Assembly: GCA_038882955.1 (NCBI GenBank)
Contig: JAVZNC010000002.1
Coordinates: forward strand, 96,001-160,000
Reading direction: 5' to 3'
DNA from: Candidatus Bathyarchaeia archaeon
GTDB lineage: Archaea; Thermoproteota; Bathyarchaeia; Bathyarchaeales; Bathycorpusculaceae
DNA length: 64,000 bases
Position 1 is the stretch's first letter. Every line of letters begins with the position of its first letter. Below are positions 55,939-64,000 of the stretch, in pieces. The notes beneath the pieces were generated by a model that had not been told where the DNA came from, searched no databases, and was given only the letters and a program-made list of their open reading frames with translations. Both the position numbers and the translations under genes were made by a program.

Positions 55939-57415
55939 CGCTTAATTCCGTGCCAGTTATTTTCTTGATGAGATCTGCGGGGTCGTAGAGGTTACCGTAA
56001 TTGTGGATGTTGTTTATCAGCCAATTTTTTACTAGGTGAAAGTTTCCTTTGCTGATTTGCTCTCGCCAGTTTGGCAAGTCCTTTTCCATTTGTGTAAGTA
56101 TTTGTCCGCTGTATATGTTGCCAAGCGCGTAGCTTGGAAAATAACCGAAGAGTCCGCTTGCCCAGTGTGTGTCTTGCATCACGCCTTCAGAATCATTCTC
56201 GATGGCTATGCCTAAATAATTCCTATAACTTTGGTTCCAAACATCTGGGAGTTCCTTTACAGTCATTTTTTCGGCGAACAAGTCCCTTTCCATGTTGAAC
56301 CGTATGATTATATGTAGGCAATATGTTACCTCGTCTGCTTCAACCCGTATTTTTGAGGGCTTCACCTCGTTTATTGCATGAACAAAATTGTCTAAGTCCA
56401 CATTGGAAAGAGCAGAGCCTGCCAATTCCTTGAGTTTCGGGAAGAAGTAAACCCAAAATTCTCTTGACCTTCCGACAATATTTTCTATGAAACGCGATTG
56501 TGACTCGTGGAACCCTGATGAGCATGCTGTACCAACGGGTTGGTAAATCCATTCTCGGTTTAGGTTTTGTTCGTAAAGGGCATGGCCTGCTTCGTGCAAC
56601 ACTGAGAATATGGATGACGCGAAGTTGTCTTCGTAGTAATGTGTTGTTATGCGAACATCATCATAATAACCAGTGGTAAACGGGTGTTCTGTCTCGTCAA
56701 TTCTGCCTCCAGCAGTATTTGACTCTATATCATATTCAACAGCTTTTGCGAGTTCTCTTGCAATTTTGCGCTGTACATCTATAGGAATTTTCCGTTGTAA
56801 AATGCTTATGTCGGGCTTTTTCGGAGACAATTGACACTTGTTCAGTATTGAAACAAGCCCATCTTTAAGCTCGCTAAAAACTTTTGTTATAATGTCTACA
56901 CTCATTTTAGGTTCAAAAACGTCGATTAAAGCGTCATAAGACGTTTTTGTCTGCTTAACCTCCATTAGGATTTCTGCGGCTTTCTTCTCAAGTTCCAAAA
57001 GCCTTTCCAGTTCAGGCCTAAACATACCAAAGTCTTTTGCGGCCTTCGCCTTCTTCCAAACATCCGTTGTTATCGCCCTTTGTTTTGCAATGGCGGCAAC
57101 AAGTTCAGCTGGAAGTCTTGTCTGCTCGTCATACTGTTTCTTTATTAGGTAAACATTCCGCTTTTGAACATCGTTTAACGTCTCGTAATGTAGACTATGC
57201 ATTATCTCCTCAAGCAGTTTTCCAATTTCCGGGTCAGTGCTCATTTTATGCTCCATTGTGCTGAGCAAGGCTAGCTGCTGGCTTCTGAGTTCAATTGCCT
57301 TTGGAGGCATCATTGTCTCCATGTCCCAGTGTATGATAGACTCGGCTGACTGAAAAATGAGCAGAGCTCTAACTTTTTCCATTAACCTCTTATAGTTTGA
57401 TTCCAACGCTTCCAT
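55883..57415 (-). CDS. carboxypeptidase Taq (peptidase M32)
   Basis: WD.ET.MP, HPF, DVRITT, HEAGHALYEQ, HESQS, IRVEADE, QDTHW and GYFPSYALG. Confidence 0.96.
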   Translation of the reverse strand: MEALESNYKRLMEKVRALLIFQSAESIIHWDMETMMPPKAIELRSQQLALLSTMEHKMSTDPEIGKLLEEIMHSLHYETLNDVQKRNVYLIKKQYDEQTRLPAELVAAIAKQRAITTDVWKKAKAAKDFGMFRPELERLLELEKKAAEILMEVKQTKTSYDALIDVFEPKMSVDIITKVFSELKDGLVSILNKCQLSPKKPDISILQRKIPIDVQRKIARELAKAVEYDIESNTAGGRIDETEHPFTTGYYDDVRITTHYYEDNFASSIFSVLHEAGHALYEQNLNREWIYQPVGTACSSGFHESQSRFIENIVGRSREFWVYFFPKLKELAGSALSNVDLDNFVHAINEVKPSKIRVEADEVTYCLHIIIRFNMERDLFAEKMTVKELPDVWNQSYRNYLGIAIENDSEGVMQDTHWASGLFGYFPSYALGNIYSGQILTQMEKDLPNWREQISKGNFHLVKNWLINNIHNYGNLYDPADLIKKITGTELSVKPYLQYLEGKYSKLHRL

Positions 57416-57580
57416 AACAGTTTCCCCCAAATTGCGAGAGTATAACATTTGCATAATTCCTATTTGAGTTTTTTAATCCAAGAAAACGCTTCAAAGTGCA
57501 TGCTTTTAGGGAGAATTGGACTGTTCGCTAAACAAGTTTTATATTTGTTTATCATACGTAGTTAGCGTCTAAAAGGGTGT

Positions 57581-58804
57581 ATGGTTATGGTGAACTTTGG
57601 CTTTACTGAGGAACAAGAACTTTTGCACAAGGCTGTTCGCGAATGGTGCAAAAAAGAACTTACACTAGAAAAAATTAGGGAGATGGACAGCAAAGGAGAA
57701 ATTCCGAAAGAAATAATCAAAGGATTAAGTGACTTGGGACTTTTGCTCATGACCGTGCCAGAGGAGCATGGTGGAGCAAGCGCAGACTGGACCACGGCAT
57801 GCATCGCGGCTGAGGAACTGGGCTATGCGGACATAAGCATAGCGGTCCCAGTGCTTTTCCTCGTTGAAAATGCTTGGGGCTTCGTAACCGATAAGTACTG
57901 CAGCGAACGCGTCCGTGAAGAGGTAATAAGAAAAGCTGCAAAGGGCGAAGCCTTCATAGGCATAGCCTCAACAGAGGCAAGCGGAGGTTCAGATGTTGCA
58001 GCGATAAAAACAACAGGCGTAAAGGAAGGCAACCAGTGGATTTTGAATGGAGAAAAAACGTACATAAGCGGAACCGAAGAAGCGAAAAAAATTGGTGGAG
58101 GACACTTTCTAATAGCAAGAACTGCACCGCCAACACCTAGCGCAACGCATAGAGGAATAACCGCCTTTTACCTGCCAATAAATACTCCTGGAGTGGAAGT
58201 CGGCAAGAGATTCGAGGAGATGGGAAGGATGGCAATATCTACTGGCAGCATAGTACTGGATAACGCGAGGCTACCAGACGATTATCGCTTAGGCGAAGAG
58301 GGAAAAGGCTTTTACATAACAATGGAGGGCTTCGACAACGCGAGACTACTCATAGGTGCAACATGCCTAGGCGCTGCCCAGAGAGCCTTAGAACTTGGAA
58401 TTGAATATATAAAAGAACGGAAGGCCTTCGGCAGTTCAATAGGCAAATATCAAGGAATACAGTTTGACTTGGCGGAAGTGTGGGCTGAACTTGAAGCGCT
58501 GCGGTCACTCGTCTACAGAACAGCGTGGATGACTGACGAAAAATACAAGAACAACCGTTTTACTCCTCTAGAAGTTACAAAATACATCTCAGCAGTGAAG
58601 TTGAGGGCTCCGTCCTTCGCCTTCAAAGTGTTCGAGCATGTAATGCTTTGGATGGGCGCATGGGGCTACACAAAAGATTGCCCCCTCGAAATGGGACTTC
58701 GCGGCATAATGTCATACTACATAGGCGCAGAAGGCACAATGAACATTCAAAGAATAGTTATAGCAAGAGAACTCCTAGGCAGAGAATACCTATCCTACAA
58801 ATGA
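57581..58804 (+). CDS. acyl-CoA dehydrogenase
   Basis: TE..GGSD, LNGEKTYIS, R.AFG..I..YQG.QF, GAWGY and catalytic Glu in EGTMNIQR. Confidence 0.93.
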   Translation: MVMVNFGFTEEQELLHKAVREWCKKELTLEKIREMDSKGEIPKEIIKGLSDLGLLLMTVPEEHGGASADWTTACIAAEELGYADISIAVPVLFLVENAWGFVTDKYCSERVREEVIRKAAKGEAFIGIASTEASGGSDVAAIKTTGVKEGNQWILNGEKTYISGTEEAKKIGGGHFLIARTAPPTPSATHRGITAFYLPINTPGVEVGKRFEEMGRMAISTGSIVLDNARLPDDYRLGEEGKGFYITMEGFDNARLLIGATCLGAAQRALELGIEYIKERKAFGSSIGKYQGIQFDLAEVWAELEALRSLVYRTAWMTDEKYKNNRFTPLEVTKYISAVKLRAPSFAFKVFEHVMLWMGAWGYTKDCPLEMGLRGIMSYYIGAEGTMNIQRIVIARELLGREYLSYK

Positions 58805-58827
58805 CTGCGCCAAATTTACCAGTAAAT

Positions 58828-58954
58828 TGGCGCCGGGGAGGGGATTTGAACCCCTGCGAGCCCGAAGGCCCACTGGCTTACTTGCCTTTTTCCAGCCCTT
58901 TCTGGTTGCTGTTTGATCTCGAGGCCAGCGCGATAACCACTCCGCCACCCCGGC
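58828..58954 (-). tRNA. tRNA-Ser(CGA) with 39-nt intron (58879-58917), CCA encoded
   Basis: Acceptor GCCGGGG/CCCCGGC, CTGGC-CT-CGA-G[intron]A-GCCAG, long variable arm GGGCCTTCGGGCTC, T loop TTCAAAT and G73. Confidence 0.93.
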
Positions 58955-58996
58955 TGTTGAAGGATAAGCGCTTTGCCTCTAAAATGGTTTTCAGTT

Positions 58997-59815
58997 TTAG
59001 ATAAGCGATGGGTAAAGCCATTTCTTTTTTCGCTTGTACTTTTTTACGTCCCAATCGTGCAGTATTTTTACTGCTTCGTTTGCTATTTTTGTCGCTGTTT
59101 CTTCGCCCGCTCCAGGCTTGAATTCGTTTGTGCATCGGTTTGCATATACTGCGCATATGGCGCTTGCTCTTAACCCAAAGAGGCTTGCTAGCGTGTATAG
59201 CGTCGCAGTTTCCATCTCAAAGTTTAAGACTTTTGCCCTCTGCAACGCGGGAATAATGTTTTCGGCAGTTGCTGGACATCGGGATACCGGACGGCTTTGC
59301 CCGGCGTAAAAGTCCGCTGTTGTCGCAGTCACACCAACATGATAGTTGTCTACTCCAAGGTTTTCCGCCGCTTCGACAAGAGCCAAAAGAACTTCGTAAT
59401 TGGCTGCCGCGGGATATTCAGGTATAACATAACAGTTGCTGGTGCAGTCAAGGCGGACAGCCGCAGAAGAAATGACCACATCGCCACATTTCACATTCTC
59501 TTGTATGGCGCCAGAACTGCCCACACGGATAAAAGTGTGAACGCCAACATGAGACGCTTCATTCACAACAATTGCCATGCAAGCTGGTCCAATGCCACTT
59601 GAAAGGGCAGAGATTGGAACGCCCTTGTATTTACCAGTAAAGCTTCTGAATTCACGGTGGCACGAGATTTCTTCTGCAGAATCCCAAACACTGGCAATTT
59701 TATCGATGCGGTCTGGGTCGCCTGGAACAAGAAGGTATTCAGCCAAGTCTCCCTTTTTGCATTGAATGTGATATTGCCTTTTGCTTGTTGAGACTCTGTG
59801 CACATTGCCCACCAA
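58997..59815 (-). CDS. udp: uridine phosphorylase family nucleoside phosphorylase
   Basis: QYHI, PGDPDR, HREF, RVGSSG, FYAGQ.R and NFEME. Confidence 0.9.
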   Translation of the reverse strand: MVGNVHRVSTSKRQYHIQCKKGDLAEYLLVPGDPDRIDKIASVWDSAEEISCHREFRSFTGKYKGVPISALSSGIGPACMAIVVNEASHVGVHTFIRVGSSGAIQENVKCGDVVISSAAVRLDCTSNCYVIPEYPAAANYEVLLALVEAAENLGVDNYHVGVTATTADFYAGQSRPVSRCPATAENIIPALQRAKVLNFEMETATLYTLASLFGLRASAICAVYANRCTNEFKPGAGEETATKIANEAVKILHDWDVKKYKRKKKWLYPSLI

Positions 59816-59867
59816 TGGAAAATGTGCGCACTTACAACTTAAAATTATAGGCGCGTATGGCGAAGCA

Positions 59868-60848
59868 TCATTTCTTTGGCATCACCAAGTCAGCTATGTC
59901 TATGCTGTGCTCGTATATTTGCCTAAAAAATGAGGCTATAGCCAATATTTGCGGAACAACATCAATTGACTGAGCACGGGCTACACGTTCAATGTCGGCA
60001 AACACCCTATCAATTTTACTGCGCATCTCGCGAATATCCTCTGCAAGTGTAATGTCATTCCCGAAAAACGCCTTGAGAGCGTTTTCATGCGACTCAAAGC
60101 AAACTGCATGAAAATCAACAAATAACTTCCGCAATTCCTCGGTTACTTTTGTTCCTTTTAACTCGATGGTCTTAAGTGCAACACGAACGCACTCATCGCC
60201 TATAGCCTCCACAAGGCTTGCCGCCAACCTATAGTCCAAACAGTCTATCGGGCTTACACCCAGCTTGTCGCTTAACCCTGGATTCTGTATTATAGTTCGA
60301 AGTATGCGAACCAGAAGGAAGTACAAGCGGTTGCTTTCATCATCACGCGCCACAACGCCTTTTGCTGCTTGCACGTCCCCATCTACAAAAGCGTTAACAA
60401 CATCCCTATGCATGCTGGCAACAATCGTATAGCCCCTTCGCAAAATTTTTTCAGGCGGAAAACTTGACGGCTCCAAGAGACACTGCAAAACAATTTTCGC
60501 ATGATCTTCCTCAATAATCTCCAATCCAACTAATCGTGCTGCAGTTTTCTTAACAACATCGCGCACCTCAAAGTTTATACGCTCTTTAGACTCAACACGG
60601 ATAACGTCATAGCCCAGCAAGTATGCACCTATAATTTCGCGCCCCAAGTAAGGCCCAAGTTTAAGAGTAATCGTGCGTGGAGGAACTTCAACTCCATACT
60701 GGGGGTCTATGAGAAGCTTGCCATCGCTTGTTTCAGAGAGGGCAACTACCCCTCCGCGCTGAAGACTGTAACGTTCAGCCCAGTACTTTGGAAGGCACAC
60801 AAAGAATGTGCCACTTGGAGTTCGCTGAACCTTGCGCAGTTCACCCAT
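59868..60848 (-). CDS. phoU: AbrB-PhoU phosphate uptake regulator
   Basis: RKVQ....F.V.LPK.W AbrB domain, Y..GYD.I and PhoU repeats (DDE.NRLYFL, EAIGD). Confidence 0.88.
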   Translation of the reverse strand: MGELRKVQRTPSGTFFVCLPKYWAERYSLQRGGVVALSETSDGKLLIDPQYGVEVPPRTITLKLGPYLGREIIGAYLLGYDVIRVESKERINFEVRDVVKKTAARLVGLEIIEEDHAKIVLQCLLEPSSFPPEKILRRGYTIVASMHRDVVNAFVDGDVQAAKGVVARDDESNRLYFLLVRILRTIIQNPGLSDKLGVSPIDCLDYRLAASLVEAIGDECVRVALKTIELKGTKVTEELRKLFVDFHAVCFESHENALKAFFGNDITLAEDIREMRSKIDRVFADIERVARAQSIDVVPQILAIASFFRQIYEHSIDIADLVMPKK

Positions 60849-60922
60849 CCAAATCACCTTTCACACATGTAATCAATATTGGTGAATTTAAACAAAAATC
60901 GGATATATAAATTTAGGCAAAG

Positions 60923-61519
60923 GTGTTGAAATTGACTAAAGAAAATCTAATTGGTATAGACTTGGCTGGAAAGACAAAAAATCCGACTGGAATTGCCCTA
61001 TGGAAGCAAAAAACCATAAAGGCGTGCCTTGCCCATACAGATGGTGAAATTCTAACGTGTGTCAAAAGCTTTAAGCCGTCGATTGTAGCAATAGACGCGC
61101 CCCTTAAGCTCCCAAAAGTTGGAACCTTGCGTAAGACTGACAGGGAAATGATAAAAATGGGATACCACGTTTTCCCCCCAATTCTTCCAGCTATGAAGGC
61201 TTTAACCTTAAGAGCAATTAAGTTAAATGAGCTAATAAAGAAGGAAGGCTTCAAAACGTTGGAAGTGCATCCAACATCAACCAGAAAAGCTTTAGGCATG
61301 CCGACAAAAGATTGGGGAAAAATTCAAGTCATCCTAAAAAAGATAGGTTTAAAGGGAGACACTCAAGTGCGTACTCTAACGCCTCACGAAATAGACGCCA
61401 TAACAGCAGCCTTAACAGCGTATCTCCACATTAGAGGTGAAACGGAAAACATCGGAGACGAAGAAGAAGGTTTCATAAGTGTTCCAAAAAGGCAAGATTG
61501 GAGAAAACTTAGGCTATGA
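60923..61519 (+). CDS. DUF429 family RNase H-like predicted nuclease
   Basis: GIDLAG, AIDAPL, R..DRE, EVHP and HEIDA. Confidence 0.85.
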   Translation: MLKLTKENLIGIDLAGKTKNPTGIALWKQKTIKACLAHTDGEILTCVKSFKPSIVAIDAPLKLPKVGTLRKTDREMIKMGYHVFPPILPAMKALTLRAIKLNELIKKEGFKTLEVHPTSTRKALGMPTKDWGKIQVILKKIGLKGDTQVRTLTPHEIDAITAALTAYLHIRGETENIGDEEEGFISVPKRQDWRKLRL

Positions 61520-63078
61520 GCGAAACAGAAAAACTACAAAAGGCCGTAGAGTTAACAATTGCCGCAGGATACCAACTAAACAAGGACGCGTTCGAATTCC
61601 TGAAATCAATAACTTCGACAGAAGATCCAACAGAAATAATCGGTAAGGCGCTGAAAAAGGTGAACGCGTTAAAGGAAAAACCCTTGTTTATCGAGAAAAG
61701 CTTTCTAGAAAACTTGTTAAAGGAAGAAGCCCTTGCAAAGGAACACCCCCCGCCAGCACCATTAATAGAAAAACATGTGGAAGACTTACAAGAGCCACGT
61801 CTAACAGAGGCAAAAAAGCCATATCGCCCCCTCGCAAAAGAATTTGAACCAGACATTAAGGTTCTTGAAGACCCAACGGAGAAGCTAAGTTCAAGCGGGA
61901 CTTTGGAAGATTATCTGGAGTATTTTAGGGATAGATTTAGGCGCATGGAGAAACTTTTGAGACAGAGAATAGACGTTAGAGGCGCATTGTCAATCATTGA
62001 CGCCTTAAAGGCTCCAGCAAACACGAAACTCAAAGTAATCTGCATGATAACTGAAAAAAGGGAATTACAACAAAAGGTACTTTTAACGGTTGAGGATCTA
62101 AGGGCTTCCGTAACAGTTCTGGTGCCCCAAAATGCCAAGAAAGAAGTCTTAGAAAAGGCGCGTTCAGTTTTACCTGACCAAGTTGTCTGTTTGGATGTGA
62201 CAAAAACGAGGAGCAGTTTGCTAATAGTAGAGGACATAATCTTGCCAGACGTAGCATCAAAAGTTCCAGGTAAGGCACCTCTACCAGTTTACGCCGTGCT
62301 TACATCTGACATGCATGTTGGAAGTGCAAAGTTTCAACGTGAAGCATTTAACAATTTCATATTGTGGCTTAATGGGAAATATGGAGATGAGAGACTACGC
62401 GATATTGCAAGCCACGTTAAATATGTGATAATTGCAGGCGATATTGTCGACGGGATAGGCGTTTATCCCAACCAGCTGAAAGAATTGACAATTAAGAACA
62501 TTTATGGACAATACGAAAAGGCTGCACAGTTCATCGAGCAAATACCGGACTACATAGAAGTGGTGATAATACCCGGAAACCACGACGCCCCAAGAAAAGC
62601 GTTACCCCAACCAGCAATCTCTAATGCCTTTCTGGAAACACTACAAACATCAAGAAAAGTGCACTCGCTTGGAAACCCATGCCGCGTCAGCCTCCACAAT
62701 GTGGAACTACTACTGTACCATGGACGAAGCTTGGATGACATAACCTCAACCGTCCCAGGAGCCAACATAAACCACCCGGAAAAGGCAATGACTTTACTTT
62801 TGCAATCACGCCATTTAGCGCCAATATATGGTGGAAAAACCCCATTAGCACCAGAAACCAGAGACTTTCTTGTCATAGAGCATGTACCAGACATTTTCCA
62901 CGCTGGGCATGTTCACATTTTAGGATATGCTAACTATCGTGGAGTGCTCGTCGTAAATTCTGGGGGTTGGCAGGAGCAGACGAATTACATGCGCAGAATG
63001 GGAGTAGTTCCAACACCTGGAAAAGTTCCCGTAGTCAACCTTCAAACTCTCGAAGTTAGCGTTCTATCATTCAGCTAA
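61516..63078 (+). CDS. polD1: DNA polymerase D small (exonuclease) subunit DP1
   Basis: OB fold, SDMHVGS, AGDIVDGIGVYP, PGNHD, YHGRSLDD, RHLAP.YG and GHVH. Confidence 0.97.
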   Translation: MSETEKLQKAVELTIAAGYQLNKDAFEFLKSITSTEDPTEIIGKALKKVNALKEKPLFIEKSFLENLLKEEALAKEHPPPAPLIEKHVEDLQEPRLTEAKKPYRPLAKEFEPDIKVLEDPTEKLSSSGTLEDYLEYFRDRFRRMEKLLRQRIDVRGALSIIDALKAPANTKLKVICMITEKRELQQKVLLTVEDLRASVTVLVPQNAKKEVLEKARSVLPDQVVCLDVTKTRSSLLIVEDIILPDVASKVPGKAPLPVYAVLTSDMHVGSAKFQREAFNNFILWLNGKYGDERLRDIASHVKYVIIAGDIVDGIGVYPNQLKELTIKNIYGQYEKAAQFIEQIPDYIEVVIIPGNHDAPRKALPQPAISNAFLETLQTSRKVHSLGNPCRVSLHNVELLLYHGRSLDDITSTVPGANINHPEKAMTLLLQSRHLAPIYGGKTPLAPETRDFLVIEHVPDIFHAGHVHILGYANYRGVLVVNSGGWQEQTNYMRRMGVVPTPGKVPVVNLQTLEVSVLSFS

Positions 63079-63638
63079 GAAATGCCCCTGGCAATAAGCC
63101 TTGCGACGCGCAATGGTTCTGGTATCCGCCCAAAAAAAGAGAAGGCTTGTATAAGTGCTTGCGCCCATTCGACTGTTTCGCCTATAGTCTCTATGTAAAC
63201 TGGCTCGGCATCCTCAATCACCTGCACCTTGTGAACTTCACCAAGTTTTTCGAATATGCTCCATCGTATTTCCCAATCCTTAAAATGCCTTTTAAGTGCG
63301 CGTTTCACGGCCACGTTATCCGGCTCTGCTCTAGAGATCACCACCACGGGTTTCCCATATCTCTCATGTATTACTGTCGGGTCTATGATGTTGAAGCCTG
63401 CGAAAGAAACTCCTGAAAGGAGAACAGCTCCAAAACTCCATCCTTTAACCATATTTAATAGAACTTCAGTTGCGTCCATCCCATCAACGGTGACGTTAGT
63501 AGTGTGCACGTCTTCAATTTTTGTTTCTAGAAACAGCACGGCTACAAGTTTGGTTTTTCTGGTAATGCCCTTTTTGAAACTTCCATCTTCAACTCCTACC
63601 ACGGGAATTCTTCGAAAGGCATTTTGGCGCATAATCAA
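63075..63638 (-). CDS. DUF99 / UPF0215 endonuclease V-like protein
   Basis: GVEDG.F, VDG.DAT, G...AGFNIID and IPEPLRVA.LIA. Confidence 0.88.
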   Translation of the reverse strand: MIMRQNAFRRIPVVGVEDGSFKKGITRKTKLVAVLFLETKIEDVHTTNVTVDGMDATEVLLNMVKGWSFGAVLLSGVSFAGFNIIDPTVIHERYGKPVVVISRAEPDNVAVKRALKRHFKDWEIRWSIFEKLGEVHKVQVIEDAEPVYIETIGETVEWAQALIQAFSFFGRIPEPLRVARLIARGIS

Positions 63639-64000
63639 TCAAACGCCCAAGCCTAACGTCATTACCAAACACGTCTCTAATAAGACTACGGGCTATTTCC
63701 AGCCTAATCTTTTTTGTGCGCCCATAACGCCCCATACTTATGACTTTCGCATTAAGCAGCCCCATGGCGTCAAGCTCGTTCACAAGTGTTCCTAAACGCC
63801 TCTGCGTCAAAGGTGCAACACCCAACTCTCCGCATAACTCTCCATAGACCTCGTAAATTTCGCCTGTAATGGTGCTACTAACACCCGCTCTGTCCAAATG
63901 ATACACACTTAAGACTACAAGCTTTGAATGCAAAGTCAAATCTTTCAGTGCTTCGACAACGCGGTTGTGTTCTATGTGCTTTTCAGCCTCCCGCACATGT
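63589..64000 (-). CDS. cdc6: Orc1/Cdc6 replication initiator, C-terminal winged-helix part (partial)
   Basis: LTLHSKLV, TGEIYEVY..LC, LTQRR....NELD..G and S.GRYGRT. Confidence 0.93.
   Translation of the reverse strand, partial: HVREAEKHIEHNRVVEALKDLTLHSKLVVLSVYHLDRAGVSSTITGEIYEVYGELCGELGVAPLTQRRLGTLVNELDAMGLLNAKVISMGRYGRTKKIRLEIARSLIRDVFGNDVRLGRLIDYAPKCLSKNSRGRS

Noticed and set aside
58648-59004. 118-aa ORF across tRNA-Ser
   Set aside because: Spurious. It overlaps the acyl-CoA dehydrogenase gene and the tRNA.
1-64000. CRISPR arrays, IS elements, proviral genes, rRNA, selenocysteine/pyrrolysine read-through
   Set aside because: No regularly spaced direct repeats, transposase or capsid ORFs, rRNA-like tracts or in-frame TGA/TAG-split genes were seen by eye. 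Short or degenerate cases could have been missed.

Overview
Gene-dense archaeal core-genome segment, most consistent with Bathyarchaeia (TACK). This is an inference from SMC-ScpAB, PolD, Fae-Hps, a PEF-CTERM-type surface protein and gene order. It contains the proteasome-exosome superoperon, an FprA/hemerythrin-PAS/ArsC stress operon with a divergent Cys-rich HTH regulator, SMC-ScpAB, the rps13-rpoD-rpoN-eno-rps2 operon running into the isoprenoid genes (MVK, IPK, IDI-2, GGPPS) and gltX-srp19, AcnX-type phosphomevalonate dehydratase subunits, an MgtE-like transporter with a PhoU/TrkA-C partner, ahcY-mtaD, a short rpl3-rps19 operon, the rps6e-eIF2g-rpoE-spt4 operon, PolD DP1 and the 3' end of cdc6. 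There are two tRNAs: Glu-TTC and an intron-containing Ser-CGA. No CRISPR array, rRNA or intact mobile element was seen. The best leads are: (1) a ~230-nt structured leader with mutually exclusive helices and uORFs upstream of the MgtE-like gene, a candidate archaeal metal-sensing attenuator or riboswitch; (2) an HTH-Fae-Hps triple fusion with repeated CCGACA/TGTCGG operator-like sites; (3) a perfect 22-bp palindrome in the fprA promoter; (4) a decayed integrase and surface-protein hotspot after srp19; and (5) several single-base lesions or non-AUG starts. All family calls come from motif recognition, with no database searches.
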